Positions 1 to 15,500 of a DNA stretch of 64,000 nt are shown piece by piece. Under the pieces are notes generated by a model. It did not search any database, was not told the DNA's origin, and saw nothing but the letters and a program-made list of their open reading frames with translations. The position numbers and the translations under genes are program-made. Source of the DNA: Eledone cirrhosa (taxonomy: Eukaryota). The DNA lies in the NCBI GenBank assembly GCA_964016885.1, contig OZ024742.1, forward strand, positions 322,524,001-322,588,000, in the 5' to 3' direction. Numbering within the stretch: the first letter of the stretch is position 1; the number at the start of each line of letters is the position of its first letter.

Positions 1-24
1 ATATATATTATGTATATATATATC

Positions 25-57
<33 letters not shown>

Positions 58-94
58 CTATATGTATATCTATATGTATATATATATCTATATG

Positions 95-129
<35 letters not shown>

Positions 130-142
130 CTATATGTATATC

Positions 143-185
<43 letters not shown>

Positions 186-871
186 CTATATGTATATCTA
201 TATATATATGTATATATATATCTATATATATCTATATGTATATCATATATATATGTATATATATATCTATATATCTATATATATCTATATATATATGTAT
301 ATATATATCTATAATATAGTATTTATATATCTATATATATCTATATATATCTATATATATATATATATATATCTATATATATCTATATATATATATATGT
401 ATATATGTATATGTATATATGTATATCTATATGTATATCTATATATATTATATATATATCTATATATATCTATATATATCTATATATGTATATCTATATA
501 TATATATTATATATATATCTATATATATCTATATGTATATCTATATATATATATATATATATCTATATATATCTATATATATCTATATATGTATATCTAT
601 ATATATATATATATATATATATCTATATATATCTATATATATATATATATATATCTATATATATCTATATATATCTATATATGTATATCTATATATATAT
701 ATATATATATCTATATATATCTATATATATCTATATATGTATATCTATATATATATATATATATCTATATATATGTATATCTATATATATATATATATCT
801 ATATATATCTATATATATATATATGTATATCTATATGTATATATGTATATATATATATATATCTATATATC
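1..871. repeat. (TA)n microsatellite with TATC/TATG interruptions
   Basis: Direct reading of the sequence. Confidence 0.98.
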
Positions 872-1243
872 TAAGAACATAGATTTTACATGTGGCCGGT
901 GTTCTGGTGCAATAGGCAGCAGCAAGTGCCCACAAAATACTAGCTCTTTCAATTGCGCAGAGGGTTCTATAGAAATAGTGGACAGCTTCCGTTACCTGGG
1001 CGATAAAATCAGCAGTGAGGGAGGGTGCTCTGAAAGTACTGTAGCTAGAGTCAGAACTGGTTGGAAAAAGTTCAGAGAGCTTATACCACTATTAGCTGCT
1101 AAAGGGTTCTCCCTAAAAATGAAGGCAGGTTGTACGATGCCTGCATACGAACAGCAATGTGCATGGCAGTGAGACCTGGGCATTGTGTGCAGAGGATATA
1201 CGCAGACTAGAGAGGAACGAAGCTTGCATGCTCCGCTGGATGT
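872..1243 (+). mobile_element. RTE LINE family A internal fragment (end of PHD finger, RT thumb)
   Basis: Translates to [10 protein letters not shown]...[10 protein letters not shown]...[12 protein letters not shown]...ETWALC...MLRWM with frameshifts; nearly identical to 60003-60376. Confidence 0.92.
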
Positions 1244-1259
1244 CAGAACTGGTTGGAAA

Positions 1260-4084
1260 CACAATGCCCAGGTCTCACTGCCATGCAACATTGCTGTTCG
1301 TATGCAGGCATCGTACAACCTGCCTTTCATTTTTAGGGAGAACCCTTTAGCGGCTAATAGTGGTATAAGCTCTCTGAACTTTTTCCACCCAGTTCTGACT
1401 CTAGCTACTGTACTTTCAGAGCACCCTCCCCCACTGCTGATTTTGTCACCCAGGTAACGTAAGCTGTCCACTATTTCTATAGAACCCTCTGCGCAGTTGA
1501 AAGAGCTAGTATTTGTGGGCACTTGCTGCTACTTATTGCACCAGAGCACCGGCCACATGTAAAATCTATGTTCTTAGTTAGCTTACCTGTGATCCCACTA
1601 CATCTTTTATGCACCCATACTTTGCATTTGGGACACAAAATAGAGTTTCTACCTACGCCTTTCCTACACACTGAGCATGGCCACTTCCCGGAAGGGACCG
1701 CCGCCTTATTTTCTTTCTTGTTTTCTTTCTTACAAACTAGAACTTTAGTCTTAGCCAGGTTAATTTTAAGGCTTTTGTTTCTATGCCGTGCTTCCATGTT
1801 TGGAATTTCTTCTCTAGCTCGGCCATTGATTCAGCTATGAGTGTTAGGTCATCTGCGTATAGGAGTTCCCATGGGCAACCGGTCTTGAACTCCTCTGTTA
1901 TAGCCTGAAGGGCAATAATAAATAGTAGGGGGCTGAGAACAGAGCCCTGATGGACGCCAACTTTTACGCTAAACTCTTCACTATATTCGTTGTTAATTCT
2001 AACCTTGCTGACTGTTTCTTTATACATGGCTTGTATAGCTCTCACAAGCCATTCATCAACACCTAGTTTTCTAAGAGCCCACCAGATAATGGAACGGGGG
2101 ACTCTGTCGAAGGCTTTCTCCAAGTCGACAAAAGCTAAGTATAGGGGTTTACTTTTAGCTAGGTACTTCTATAGTTGTCGTACAATGAAAAGAGCGTCTG
2201 TGGTACTTTTGCCTGACACAAACCCGAACTGCATTTCATCTAGATCAATTCTCTCTCTGATTAGTTGCGCTATTACTTTTTCCGTGACCTTCATGACCTG
2301 GTCGATTAATTTAATGCCTCTATAGTTACTCCTATCTCCTTTACCCTTATAACAGTTATTCCTATCTCCTTTACCCTTATAACAGTTAACGATGATGCTG
2401 CTACGCCAGTCCTTCGGACAACCCATTCTGTACGACTTGGTTAACTATCTGGGTGACCATGGTGTGTCCCACCGTGCAGATGCCTTCAGCATCTCGGCAA
2501 CTATTTCCGAAGGCCCAGCCGCCTTACCCGTCTTCATATCTTTGATTGCCTTACTTATTATACTACCCTCGACTAACACTGCTGGTCCTCTATTGGGTCG
2601 ATGTGAGGGAGACTGTCTTTCTCCCATTTATTCTCCTCATTTAGAAGCCTTTCATAGTGACACTTCCAAGCTACCTTCTTATCAGCGTCGGTGATGGCAA
2701 GAACGCCGTCATCATTAAGTACACACCTCTCCCCGACAATATCACGGTTTTCCTTGACACATTTCCTAGCAATCCTGAACACCTTGCGTTTTTGGTCCTC
2801 GCGTTGCTAGAACATGCTTAAACTTTCTTTCCTCTGCTTCCCTTCTGCGAAGTACACTTGTCTCCTAGCTTCCCTCCTGGCCACTTGATTGTCTTCTCTA
2901 CTTCCCCCATCCCGCCATACTTTCCAAGACTGCTTTTTGGCCTTAATTGACCCCTCCACCTTACTGTTCCACCACCATGTTACTCTCCTCCTACCTACAG
3001 GCCTGCTCCAGCCACAGACTTCGTCTGCCTCCATCAGCAGGTTTGCTTTCAGGAATTCCCACTGCTCCTCTATATTGTACGACTCTAATTGCTCTTCCTT
3101 ACTGTCGAAAGCATCAAGTAGTATTACTTTTGAATTTATTTCTGGCTGTGTGGTCCTTTAGATTCAATATTTTTTCTCATGAGGATAGTCCTCTTCTGTT
3201 GTCTAGTACGTCTCGTCCTGACTATTAGGTCGCTAATTATCAGTCTATGTTGGGAGGTGCATTCTTCATGGGGGAGGGATTTAGTGTTTACAACAGACAC
3301 TCTGTCACGTCTTCTGGTAAGGATATAATCTACCTGGCTTGTGTGTTCCCCCGATCTATAGGTGATCAGGTGATTGTCACGTTTTTTGAAGTTAGTGTTA
3401 CAGATAGTTAGGTTATTTGCGTCACAGAATTCCAGGATTCTGGAGCCTTCCTCATTTCTAGTACCAAACCCATAGCCTCCATGGATTTCGTCGTAGCCGT
3501 CACAATGTTGTCCAACGTGACCATTTAGGTCGCCTGCAATAATTATATAGTCACTGTCGGTTATTTGGGAGGTAGTGAGCATCAGTGTCTCATAGAATCT
3601 GTCTTTTATAGTGGCGGGCAGTCCGGATTGGGGTGCGTACGCAGATATTACTGTCACCGTCGTTCTACTGAGGACAAGTCTTATTTTCATTATTCTGTCG
3701 TTCACTCTATTTACGTCTATTATCTTATCTGCCCACTTTCTGCTACCATGATTCCTACTCCACCCAGCCCATTGTCATATCCCACCCAGAAAAGCTTATA
3801 GCATCGTTTTTTACCCACAATGAATTTTGCAGACCCACCCCTCCACCTGGTCTCTTGAATACAACAAACATCGACCTCCTTACGTTCAAGCATTTCTACA
3901 ACCTCGTTAGAGCGACCCTTTAAGGTGCCTACATCATGGTACCAACTCTGAAGTTTTGGATTGCGTTTGGAGGGTGGGAGCGGTGGGAGCGGGAGGAGAT
4001 GGTGTTATGTTAGCCATTCGCGGCCGAAACAAAGGAATGCTCGCATTCTCGTCCACGAGGTGAATTTGTCTTTATCTTTGGCAT
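1260..4084 (-). mobile_element. RTE LINE family A copy, 3'-truncated and frameshifted (APE + RT + PHD finger)
   Basis: APE motifs (SAYAPQ, AGDLNGHVG, SQVDYIL, SQHRL) in 3136-3705; RT motifs (QFGF, DLEKAFDRVPR, GVHQGSVLSPLLF, YADD) in 1737-2426; broken into many ORFs. Confidence 0.95.
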
Positions 4085-6352
<2,268 letters not shown>

Positions 6353-6630
6353 AATGGAAAAATTTGAACAGGGACAAAACAGAGAGGCAGTACAATAAAT
6401 GTTTATTAATTTCACGCTCAGGAGAGTGGGGGGTAGGTGGGGGACGACGTTTCGGGCATAAGCCCGTCCTCAGGTGAGAAGTGTGTGGGAACAGAGTTCA
6501 AAAGGTGTGTAGGGGAGAGGTGGAGAGACATATAGCGAAAGGAAACGGTGCGAATGAAAAAAAACAAAGATAAAAAAAAAATAAATAAAAATAAAAAATA
6601 AAATAAGCATGATCAAAATACAAGAATTGT
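6353..6630 (-). mobile_element. Probable Penelope-like terminal-repeat remnant with degenerate hammerhead motif
   Basis: Minus strand reads CTGAGGA-c-GGGC ttat GCCC-GAAAC gtc GTC (6473-6443) followed by AATAAA; embedded in TA repeats. Confidence 0.5.
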
Positions 6631-6649
6631 ATATATATATATATATATG

Positions 6650-6681
<32 letters not shown>

Positions 6682-6682
6682 A

Positions 6683-8890
6683 TTCAAGCATGTTTTACAA
6701 CGTGAGGACCAGAAACAGGAGGTATTCAAGATTGCGAGGCAGTGTGTCAGAGATAGTTGTGATGTCATTGGAGAGAAGTGTATCCGGAATGATAAAGGTG
6801 AGCTTGCCCTCACAAGTGCTGAGAAGAAAGATGCATGGAAGAGTCATTATGATAGATTACTAAATGAGGAGAATGCATGGGAAGAAGAGACCCTACCCCA
6901 AGTAGACCCTATAGAGGGACCAGCAGTACAAGTCAGCGGCAGCGTAGTAAGTAAGGCAATCAGAGATATGAAGATAGGGAAGGCAACCGGTCCATCGGGT
7001 ATAGCTGCCGAGATGCTGAAGGCATCTGGGTCTGTAGGTCACACTATAACCACACGTATCGTTAACCAGGTAATACTAGAGGGGGCCATACCAAAAGATT
7101 GGTGCAGTAGCATCATTGTCAACTGCTACAAAGGTAAAGGCGATGCACTAGATAGAGGAAACTATAGAGGTATAAAGTTGATGGACCAGGTCATGAAAGT
7201 AACAGAAAGAGTTATAGCACAGCTGATTAGGGACCGGGTGAATATAGACGAGATGCAATTTGGGTTTGTACCAGGGAAAGGCACCACTGATGCGCTCTTC
7301 CTTGTGAGGCAATTACAGGAAAAGTACCTAGCTAAAAGTAAGCCACTCTACTTGGCATTTGTCGACCTTGAGAAAGCCTTTGACAGAGTTCCACGTGCAG
7401 TAATCTGGTGGGCTCTTAGAAAACTAGGAGTAGATGAATGGCTTGTGAAAGCGGTACAAGCCATGTATAGGGGAGCAGTCAGCAAAGTTAGGATTGGCAA
7501 TGAGTATAGCGAGGAATTTAGCGTACAGGTTGGGGTCCACCAGGGCTCTGTTCTTAGCCCTCTCCTGTTCATCATAGTCCTGCAGGCAATAACGGAGGAG
7601 TTTAAGAGCGGATGCCCATGGGAACTCCTGTATGCTGATGACCTCGCACTCATAGCTGAATCTATGGTAGAACTAGAGAATAAATTCCAAACCTGGAAGC
7701 AGGGACTAGAGAGAAAGGGCCTCAAAGTCAACATGACAAAGACTAAGGTCCTTATAAGTAGACGAGAAAACAGAACCCAGATCCCCTCAGGGAAATGGCC
7801 TTGCTCAGTATGTAGGAAAGGTGTAGGTAGGAACTCCATTCTTTGCCCCAAATGCAAACAATGGGTACACAAGAGATGTAGCGGGATCTCAGGAAGCTTA
7901 ATTAAGAATGTAGGATTCACATGCAGCAGCTGTGCTGAAACAGCAAGCAAACAGCCACAGGAAACAAGTACCACCAATCTCTGGGAGGGCCCTGTAGAAA
8001 CAGTAGACAGCTTCTGCTACCTAGGTGACCGAATTAGCAACGGAGGTGGGTGCTCAGAAAGTACAATAACTAGGGTAAGAACGGGATGGAAGAAGTTTAG
8101 GGAACTACTACCACTGCTAGCTGCAAAAGGCTTCTCCCTCAGAATGAAAGGCAGACTGTATGATGCGTGTATCCGAACAGCGATGTTGCATGGTAGTGAG
8201 ACCTGGGCGCTGAAGGTGGAAGACTTACGTAGATTAGAGAGAAACGAAGCCTGCATGCTCCGATGGATGTGTAACAGTAATATACGTGAACGACAAAGCA
8301 TAAATGAATTGAGAGAGAGACTGAGCATAAGAGGAATCAAATGCTGCGTGCAGGAGAGGCGGTTACGCTGGTATGGACATGTGATGCGTATGAAGGATGA
8401 CAGCTGCATAAAAAGGTGCAGAACACTAGAAGTTGATGGAAACCGCGGAGTGGGAGACCCAAGATGACTTGGATGAGGTGATAAAAGCCGACTTTACCCA
8501 ACTACACCTCTCAAAGTCAATGACACACGACCGTGACCTCTGGCGTCACGCAGTAATACAGGGTACCCGACCTCCCATGGGTACATGCTGAAGCATATAA
8601 ATATGCCCCCCCCCCCCACCGCAAGGTGGTCGTGGAGGTGCCACGGCAAAAAAGCACCCAGCCCACACTGTAAAGTGGACGTGTAGGCGCCACGAAAAAG
8701 CACCCAGCACTCACTGTAAATGAGTTGGTGTTAGGAAGGGCATCCAGCTGTAGAAATCAAGCCAGATCAGTTCCTGTATGAGCAAGGCATGGTCAGCCGA
8801 CCAGACACTGCCCACAACAGGACAACCCGTCTAACCCATGCTAGCGTGGAAGAACGGACGTAAAACGGTGATGATGATGATGATGATGAT
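6683..8890 (+). mobile_element. RTE LINE family B, 5'-truncated, with intact 3' UTR and (GAT)n tail
   Basis: RT ORF 6968-8467; 3' UTR with about 45-49 bp repeated unit; ends ...gtaaaacggtgatgatgat; TA repeats on both sides. Confidence 0.95.
6968..8467 (+). CDS. RTE reverse transcriptase (partial ORF) with inserted PHD-type finger
   Basis: 499 aa open frame with NYRGIKL, QFGF, DLEKAFD, QGSVLSP, YADD (7631), a C4HC3 finger at 7802-7933, FCYLG and RLRWYGHVMR; frameshift near the C-terminus. Confidence 0.9.
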   Translation: MKIGKATGPSGIAAEMLKASGSVGHTITTRIVNQVILEGAIPKDWCSSIIVNCYKGKGDALDRGNYRGIKLMDQVMKVTERVIAQLIRDRVNIDEMQFGFVPGKGTTDALFLVRQLQEKYLAKSKPLYLAFVDLEKAFDRVPRAVIWWALRKLGVDEWLVKAVQAMYRGAVSKVRIGNEYSEEFSVQVGVHQGSVLSPLLFIIVLQAITEEFKSGCPWELLYADDLALIAESMVELENKFQTWKQGLERKGLKVNMTKTKVLISRRENRTQIPSGKWPCSVCRKGVGRNSILCPKCKQWVHKRCSGISGSLIKNVGFTCSSCAETASKQPQETSTTNLWEGPVETVDSFCYLGDRISNGGGCSESTITRVRTGWKKFRELLPLLAAKGFSLRMKGRLYDACIRTAMLHGSETWALKVEDLRRLERNEACMLRWMCNSNIRERQSINELRERLSIRGIKCCVQERRLRWYGHVMRMKDDSCIKRCRTLEVDGNRGVGDPR

Positions 8891-10126
<1,236 letters not shown>

Positions 10127-10561
10127 ATTAAGAGAGTAAAACAAAGAATCCTTTAATACATCAAAAGTTTTTATTAGCCGACAATGTTTCGTCCTATTAA
10201 GGACTCATCAGGGCAATCAAAACAAGAAGTAATATCGGCAGATACAAGCCGGAAACTCTGAAGAATATGGAGTGTGCATACACTAAAGTCTTACAAAAAT
10301 ATATGATAATAAAAATGAAAATAAAAATAATAAAAATATATAATAATAAGAATAACTAAGGATGTAGATAACATTAAGAACCATATTACAAATATAGTCC
10401 AAAGCAACTAACCTAAATCTAAACAAATTTGGTTATATAGAGCAGGAATTATATATAACACAATGCAATAAACATAATACATTATAATAATAATATACCT
10501 TTACCAACATTAAAATTACAAATTAAAAATCAAAAGGTACAATATATACATGTATATATGT

Positions 10562-10620
<59 letters not shown>

Positions 10621-11390
10621 ACAATACACCCATCTATGATCAACTACACAAATTAAGCCCTATTAGAAGTTTGAATATAAAAATAAGCATGATAAGAGTG
10701 AAAATAATACCTATACATCTACCCAATATACATGAGGCAATAATATGATATAATTACAAGAGACACATATAATAAGATCCCAGATATAATGCGCTAAAGA
10801 GGTAGAATTCTTAAACCTAACATGTTTGAAGTTAGAGATATGAGAGTTAAACCTAGTCTTAAAAGTGTTTGAAGTAGATCCTATATACGTTCTATTAGAG
10901 GAATTAGTTATAACTTCGCAAGCGTAGACAATGTTCTTAGAAAGGCAGTTACCATTTAGAGGGCAGTTAGCACTCACTCTACAATTGCACTTCCGGGTGT
11001 TATTGGTTGGCTCGAGTGGTGATGTATTACACGTAGGACCTCTATTAGATAAGGACTGTTCTGGTGGTAAAGCATTGTCAGATCCGTTCAGACTAGTAGT
11101 ATGTAGAGAGGAGAATCCATCCCTAATTTTCCTATTATTAGTGCTAGCTAAATGAGAACTAATATTAGGGGTGGTAGAGAATGAGAGTTTAATAACATTT
11201 TTATTAAAAATACCATGGTATTTATGAGAAGGGGGGAAATTTTTCTCTAAGATAGTGAAGAAAGACCTAGGGATATTAGTTGATACATCCTGATTATATG
11301 GCGGGTTGAAATAAGTATTTAATCGCCTTCTATTTTTATTCTTACCGACCCTACCTCTATCAAATGTCCCACCGTCGAGACTAGGGTTAT
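10127..11390 (-). mobile_element. Penelope-like element 3' part (GIY-YIG endonuclease region plus terminal repeat), probably Naiad-type
   Basis: ORF 10711-11460 contains YFNPPY...KLSFSTTPNI...KCNCRVSANCPLNGNC...VY...YIGST..FKTRFNSH...TSLAHYIW; hammerhead and AATAAA downstream. Confidence 0.85.
10177..10214 (-). ncRNA. Minimal type I hammerhead ribozyme
   Basis: Minus strand: GCC-CTGATGA-GTCCT taat AGGAC-GAAA-CA t TG-TC-GGC; all core nucleotides present, with stems I (3 bp), II (5 bp) and III. Confidence 0.88.
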
Positions 11391-11712
11391 ATATATGGGT
11401 GTATATATATATATATATATATATGTAGGAGGTGAGTTTTATTGTAGTACAATAAAGCAATGCAGATATCGGATAAGAAGCACTCTACAGTTTGTAGGAC
11501 TGGAGTATACATAATATAAGATCAAAAGATGGTTAAAGGAGTTCCATGTATTTTATTATGCGCATTTCAAAAACAAACATCATCATGCAATAATATTTGT
11601 GTTTTCATCACATAAAACAGGAGAACGTGATATGAAGGCTAAAAAACACTTGTGGATAGTGCAGTTTTAAATCAACATATGAAAAGTGGTTTTAGATTGA
11701 TGTGTGATATTG

Positions 11713-12140
11713 GGAAAAATATTTTATTTAGAGAGGGGGGTGGGGGGTGGAAAGGATGAAAAAGGGGAGGAGATGAGAGGGAGAGATGGGTGATAGAGAG
11801 AAAGAGATAGTTTTTATAACTGAGAGGAGATATATTGTTTTACATAGAGAGGTTGAAAACCGTTGGAAGATAATGTATAAATTAAAAAAATTTGAAAATT
11901 AACGAAGGGAGGATATGTGCGAGGAAAAAATATTTTATTTAGGGACGGGGGGGGGGATGAAAAAAGGGGGAGGAGATGAGTGAAGGTGGAGAGGGAGAGA
12001 TGGGTGATAGAGAGAAAGAGATAGTTTTTATAACTGAGAAAAAGATATATTGTTTTACATAGAGAGGTTGAGAACCGTTGGAAGATAATGTATAAATTAA
12101 AGGAATTTGAAAATTAACGAAGGGAATTTATGTATGAAGA
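11713..12140. repeat. Tandem duplication of an about 210-220 bp purine-rich unit
   Basis: ggaaaaatattttatttag...gagatgggtgatagagagaaagagatag...gaaaattaacgaaggga occurs at about 11713 and about 11923. Confidence 0.85.
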
Positions 12141-12460
12141 TAGAGAGAAAAAATAATAATTGTGGATGAATATTCTAACGTCAAAAAAAGTGTATGTTGA
12201 TAAGTATTGTGGCAATTTCAAAATTAACGAAGAGAAAAATTATTAAGGTTTGTGTGTAGAAGGATTTGAGAAAAATAATGTGAAGTTAAAGTTTGTATAT
12301 TGAAGGAATTGATAATATATGCGAATAAAGAGTTAATATGTATTAAGAATGAGTTCGTTGATGGGGAGAAAAAAATAATAAATTAACGATGAAATTGAGA
12401 TTAAAAAGATTTATGATAGAGAGAAAAAATAATAATTATTATTTTTTCTCTCTATATACA

Positions 12461-12564
<104 letters not shown>

Positions 12565-12589
12565 TACATATATATACACATATATATAT

Positions 12590-15500
12590 ATCATCATCAT
12601 CGTTTAACGTCCATATTCCACGCTTGCATGGGTTTGGACGGGGGTTTTCCCACTTGAGGCAAGAGTGGTTGTCTTGCTCGCATAGGACTGTCTGGCGGGT
12701 TTTCTACGGCTGGCTGCCCTTCCTAACACCAACCACATTTACAGTGTGGAACTGGGAGGTTTTTACCGTGTTGCCTACACGGCCACATTACAGCGTGGAC
12801 TGTGTTTTTTTGTCGTGACACCTACACGACCTCATTTGTTTCGGGCTGGATGTTGTGACACCAACATAACTTTACATTGAAAGGGGTGGTGTGACGGGGG
12901 TGTATTTTGTTAGAAGTGCCTACTTACTGTAGTAGGTTTTACTTTGTATTTAGGTAAGGCGGGTCTTCTCTATTACTGTGTAGCGCCAAAGATGTCGGTC
13001 CAGTGACATTGTCTTGGAGAGGTGTAAGTGTGTGAGGTCGGAATTTATCAAGTCGTCCCAGGTTTTTCTGGGTCTGCCTACTCCATGGCTACCGTCTATT
13101 TTTATTGCCCTGCACTTTTTTATACAGCTATCGTCTTTCATGCGCATCACGTGACCATACCAACGTAGCCTTCTCTCGAGTAAACATCTGATCCCTCTTA
13201 CTTTTAATTTTCCCCTTAGTTCGTTTATGCTTTGCCGTTCACGTATATTACTATTACACATCCAGCCGAGCATGCAAGCTTCGTTCCTCTCTAGTTTGCG
13301 TATATCCTCTGCACACAATGCCCAGGTCTCACTGCCATGCAACATTGCTGTTCGTATGCAGGTATCATACAGCCTGCCTTTCATTTTTAGGGAGAACCCT
13401 TTAGCGGCTAATAGTGGTATAAGTTCTCTGAACTTTTTCCATCCAGTTCTGACTCTAGCTACTGTACTTTCAGAGCACCCTCCCCCACTGCTGATTTTGT
13501 CACCCAGGTAACGGAAGCTGTCCACTATTTCTATAGAACCATCTGTGCAATGGAATGAGCTAGTATTCTGTGGGTACTTGCTGCTACTTGCTGCTACTTA
13601 TTGCACCAGAGCACTGGCCACATATAAAATCTATGTTCCTAGTTAGCTTACCTGTGATCCCACTACATCTTTTATGCACCCATACTTTGCATTTGGGACA
13701 TAAAATGGAGTTTCTACCTACTCCTTTCCTACACACTGAGCATGGCCATTTCCCGGATGGGACCGGTGCCTTATTTTCCTTCCTACAAACTAGAACTTTA
13801 GTCTTAGACGGGTTAATTTTAAGGCCTTTTGATTCTAGGCCATGCTTCCATGTTTGGAATTTCTTCTCTAGTTCGGCCATTGATTCAGCTATGAGCGTTA
13901 GATCATCTGCATATAGGAGTTTCCACGGGCAGCCGGTCTTGAACTCCACTGTTATAGCCTGAAGCGCGATAATAAATAGTAGGGGTCTGAGAACGGAGCC
14001 CTGATGGACGCCAACTTTTACGCTAAACTCTTCACTATATTCGTTGTTAATTCTCACCTTGCTGACTGTTTCTTTATACATGGCTTGTATAGCTCTCACA
14101 AGCCATTCATCAACACCTAGTTTTCTAAGAGCCCACCAGATAATGGAACGGAGGACTCTGTCGAAGGCTTTCTCCAAGTCGACAAAAGCTAAGTATAGGG
14201 GTTTAATTTTAGCTAGGTACTTCTCCCGTAGTTGTCGTACAATGAAAAGAGCGTCTGTGGTACTTCTGCCTGACACAAACCCGAACTGCATTTTATCTAG
14301 ATCAATTCTCTCTCTGATTAGTTGCGCTATTACTTTTTCTGTGACCTTCATGACCTGGTCGATTAATTTAATGCCTCTATAGTTACTCCTATCTAGAGCA
14401 TCACCTTTACCCTTGTAGCAGTTAATGATGAAGCTGCTACGCCAGTCCTTCGGAACAACCCCATTCTGTATGACTTGGTTTACTATCCGGGTGACCATGG
14501 TGTGTCCCACCGTTCCAGAAGCTTTCAGCATTTCAGCAACTATTTCCGAAGGCCCAGCCGTCTTACCCGTCTTCATATCTTTGATTGCCTTACTTATTAT
14601 ACTACCTTCGACTAACACTGCTGGTCGCTCTATTGGGTCGATGTGGTGGAGACTGTCTTTCTCCCATTTATTCTCCTCATGTAGTAGCCTTTCGTAGTGA
14701 CACTTCCAAGTTACCTTCTTATCAGCGTCAGTGATGGCAAGTACACCATCATCATTAAGTACACACTTCTCCCCGACAATATCACGGTTTTCCTTGACAC
14801 ATTTCCTAGCAATCCTGAACACCTTGCGTTTTTGGTCCTCGCGTTGTAGAACATGCTTAAACTTTCTTTCCTCTGCTTCCCTTCTTGCGAAGTACACTTG
14901 TCTCCTAGCTTCCCTCCTGGCCACTTGATTGTCTTCTCTACTTCCCCCATCCCGCCATACTTTCCAAGACTGCTTTTTGGCCTTAATTGACTCCTCCACC
15001 TTACCGTTCCACCACCATGTTACTCTCCTCCTGCCTATAGGCCTGCTCCAGCCACAGACTTCGTCTGCCGCCATCAGCAGGTTTGCTTTCAGGAATTCCC
15101 ACTGTTCCTCTATATTGTACGACTCTAAAAGCTCTTCCTTACTGTCGAAAGCATCAAGTAATATGCTTTTAAATTTATTTCTGGCTGTGGGGTCCTTTAG
15201 CTTCCATATTTATCTCCTGAGGATAGTCCCCTTCTGCTGTCTAGTACGTCTCGTCCTGACTATGAGGTCGCTAATTATCAGTCTATGTTGGGAGGTGCAT
15301 TCTTCATGGGGAAGGGATTTAGTGTTTACAACAGACACTCTGTCACGTCTTCTGGTAAGGATATAATCTACCTGGCTGGTATGTTCCCCTGATCTGTAAG
15401 TGATCAGGTGATTGTCTCGTTTTTTTAAGTTAGTGTTACAGATAGTTAGGTTATTTGCATCACAGAATTCCAGGATTCTGGAGCCTTCCTCATTTCTAGT

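Noticed and set aside
992-1522. 176-aa minus-strand ORF spanning the junction
   Set aside because: Chimeric read-through from one RTE copy into the antisense strand of another
7348-8409. Antisense ORFs over RTE RT regions (also about 13.2-15.4 kb and 60.1-60.6 kb)
   Set aside because: Shadow frames of the retrotransposon ORF with no recognisable motifs
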